This document shows, piece after piece, positions 36,343 through 38,682 of a stretch of DNA of 38,682 nt. How positions within the stretch are numbered: position 1 is the first letter of the stretch; each line of letters opens with the position of its first letter. The position numbers were made by a program, and so were the translations under genes. Under the pieces are notes generated by a model. The model saw only the letters and a list, made by a program, of their open reading frames with translations, had not been told where the DNA came from and did not search any database. The DNA is taken from NCBI GenBank assembly GCA_900088475.1, contig FLMG01003090.1, positions 1 to 38,682 of the forward strand, given 5' to 3'. The stretch comes from Hyphochytrium catenoides (taxonomy: Eukaryota; Protista; Hyphochytriomycota).

Positions 36343-37967
36343 TTTCACTTTCTCTGCCTCTGTCACTGAGTTCTCAGTGAGCAGAGAAGCTTCCTCTCCA
36401 CCCCTGTCTGAAGGGACAATCTCTTTCCCCGACCTCAACGCTTTCGATGCCGCATCTGGCGCTGGATCACAGGGACGAGCTCATAAGTTGATGACACCGA
36501 ATCCTCTTTAGCCCAGACCACGCTGTTGCCGAGGATGGCATGTACAACTCCACAGATTCGCTGCGGCTCTCTCTCTCACGGCGTCCCTCTTCTCCTCTCT
36601 TTTCTCTTCTTTCTTCTCACTCTCGCTCTCTCCTCTCTCTCTCTTCTCCATTTCTCTCTTCTCTCTGCTCATTCTCCCCTCTATCGTCGCCCCCTCTCCC
36701 TTGCTCCTGAGAGGAAGGCGGAGGAGCGGCAGCGGTGCAGCAGCACCAGCGCTTGCAAGAAGAGAGAAGGATTCTCATTAGTGCTCTTCTCTTCTCTTCC
36801 CTTCCCTTCCCTTTTCTTTCTCTGTCAACACGATTGGGATGGGGCTCCAAGAAGGCGTTACCGGCTCTCTGCGCAGGAATGAGGACTGGGGAGTTACATT
36901 CTTTCAGGTGATTAATCATTTGAAAGTTAATCATCTACACATTGATTATCAACCGTGTCGATTTTGGACAACGGTAACCGATATCACTAACTTTCGAGAG
37001 TGAATGTGTCATGAAAGAGCTATTATTTCTTCCTCCTCCTCCTCCTGCGCTGAACTTTGATGGCGTGCAGACCTCCACAAGCACTTTGACGATGGTAGGA
37101 AGACACAGGGTGAGGCAGAGATGGCTCTATTATTATATATCGATCATTGGATTCATCACAGGTGGCTAGCATTATTCAGGAACAATGTTCAAGCAACAAG
37201 AAGACCCATGCAGTAGCGATTCCTGGGGAAAACATCATTGTTATTATCAAGCCAAGGAGAAGAAAGACTCCTTTCTTTATTGATCATTGTTAGTGCTCTG
37301 AGAAGGTCCTTAATATTATTCTAGATTCTAGACAGAGGTTTGGTGGTCTATTCATCAAAAACTTCTACCGGCTGAGCCTTGCTATAGAACTACATTTGAG
37401 ACTTCTGTTCGCCCTCATTTCTTATCCCTCGTTTTCCCCGTGGTAGTGTTGATGCTTCTTGTAACAACCAGTAGAGTAGAGAGTAAATCGGTCATCATGC
37501 ATCACGGATGGCCAGGAGGAGGAGTGGGGCTCCTTCCTGAATGATGGGGCGGTTAATAAAAAGAGCAGGCTGAGGAAGTTCCTTTTTGTTGGCCGTGCGG
37601 CGGATCACCCGTGATGAGTAAGGCCGCGAAAGAGGAAGCTCGGTGCAACAATCTCCGTCTTCTCAATCGAAGTAAGTAGTTCTACTTGTAGCCGCCACCA
37701 CACGATTTTCACTTGTGCCGCTGTTGGCTCTCCTCGCAGACACACAGTAGTATGATAATCATCGCTATTTGTTGTCTTCTAGAGTATGACCTCATGAATG
37801 TAAGAATATTAATAGTAGTACTTATTTAGGATGGAGGTCGGTAGATGGGTAGGGCACTTACATTTATTAATAATGTACTCCTTGATCTATATCTTCATAT
37901 ATTATCTATTGACGTTCTAGGTGAAAGGGGCTGAATTTTGAGCTTAAAGAAGAGGGGAGAAGCACTA

Positions 37968-38092
37968 ATATCGGCTGATATCGTATCGGAATATCGGTAT
38001 CGGTCAATGATATCGGAATATCGGTCTGGCGTTCGGTAGAGAACCGATAATCCCGATATTTATCGGTTAGTCGCTACCGATGTGAAACCCTA
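37968..38092. mobile_element. Probable hAT-type DNA transposon terminus (subterminal ATCGG/CCGAT repeats plus a TAGGG-type end)
   Basis: About ten ATCGG/CCGAT motifs occur in both orientations within ~115 bp. The cluster ends in GTGAAACCCTA (reverse complement TAGGGTTTCAC), which fits the hAT TIR start YARNG. No partner TIR, TSD or transposase was seen. Confidence 0.5.
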
Positions 38093-38197
38093 AGTAGGAA
38101 TGAACTGAGGAGCTAGGGAGCCAGGTAATAAAGTACCAAAGTAGAACTCGAGGAGTTCTATAGAACTACGACGAAAACAACAAGAGCCGTAGTAGCT

Positions 38198-38545
38198 ATG
38201 AAAGGATAGAAGTAGTTACAAGGATTAGAACGCCGCAAGCAATTAAAGAGACAGGCAGCTGGGATGACAGAACTAACTTTTTATAAAAACAAGCTCAACG
38301 TTGCTCGTCGCTTACGCTATCATTGTAAACTTTATTAGATAGCACGATCCGAAGAATATCTCTGTATAAACCCCAGATGGGATACCGCACAACGAGGGCG
38401 AGTCTGTTACAATTGTTGTACGACAGGGGCTCAGAAAAAGGCCACTTACAGATTGCAGAGTACGACATATTTTTATAGAACGCTGATAGAAAACATAAGC
38501 CACATTCATGGAGCACCTACCAGCAGCAGTAATACACAGTCGTAG
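38198..38545 (+). pseudogene. Possible decayed reading frame (116 codons interrupted by three TAG stops)
   Basis: One frame reads MKG*K*LQGLERRKQLKRQ...YHCKLY*IARSEEYLCINPRWDTAQRGRVCYNCC..., with TAG at 38207, 38213 and 38336. No family was recognised. Confidence 0.2.
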
Positions 38546-38682
38546 TAAGCAGTAAACAATAATAATAGAAGGGCACGGTCACGGCAAACGGCCTTAGCAA
38601 TTGTTTTGGCATACTGCAGGATTGTGGCTTTATTATTTAGGAGGCCTCCAGCAACAGCTCCTGGGAGGAGTTGCTGACTCAG

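Noticed and set aside
37968-38092. CRISPR-like array or replication iterons
   Set aside because: The repeats are 5-7 bp, irregularly spaced, in both orientations and without unique spacers. The context is eukaryotic with no cas or rep genes.

Overview
This is gene-dense, intron-rich eukaryotic genomic DNA. A flagellate-capable stramenopile is the likely source, inferred from the PECT architecture, B9D2 and the coiled-coil/LRR gene. Splicing GT-AG introns by hand gives eight multi-exon genes. In order they are an HSL-family alpha/beta hydrolase (+), an ankyrin-repeat protein (-), CTP:phosphoethanolamine cytidylyltransferase (+), a protein with only a MINDY4-like N-terminal domain (+), a large active myotubularin (+), B9D2 with a long charged N-terminal extension (-), a C-terminally short UVSSA (+) and a ~1,070-aa coiled-coil/LRR protein (-). 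Introns are filled with (CT)n or (GA)n tracts, which explain most spurious SL/RE ORFs in the track, and three N-gaps abut such tracts. The last ~1.8 kb is AT-rich, with a hAT-like transposon end and decayed sequence. The best novelty candidate is the myotubularin: it appears to begin with an ATG11/FIP200 Claw-like domain, followed by a degenerate FYVE, a PH-like domain, PH-GRAM and an intact phosphatase. Exon boundaries and homologies were read by eye and are not confirmed by RNA-seq or database search.
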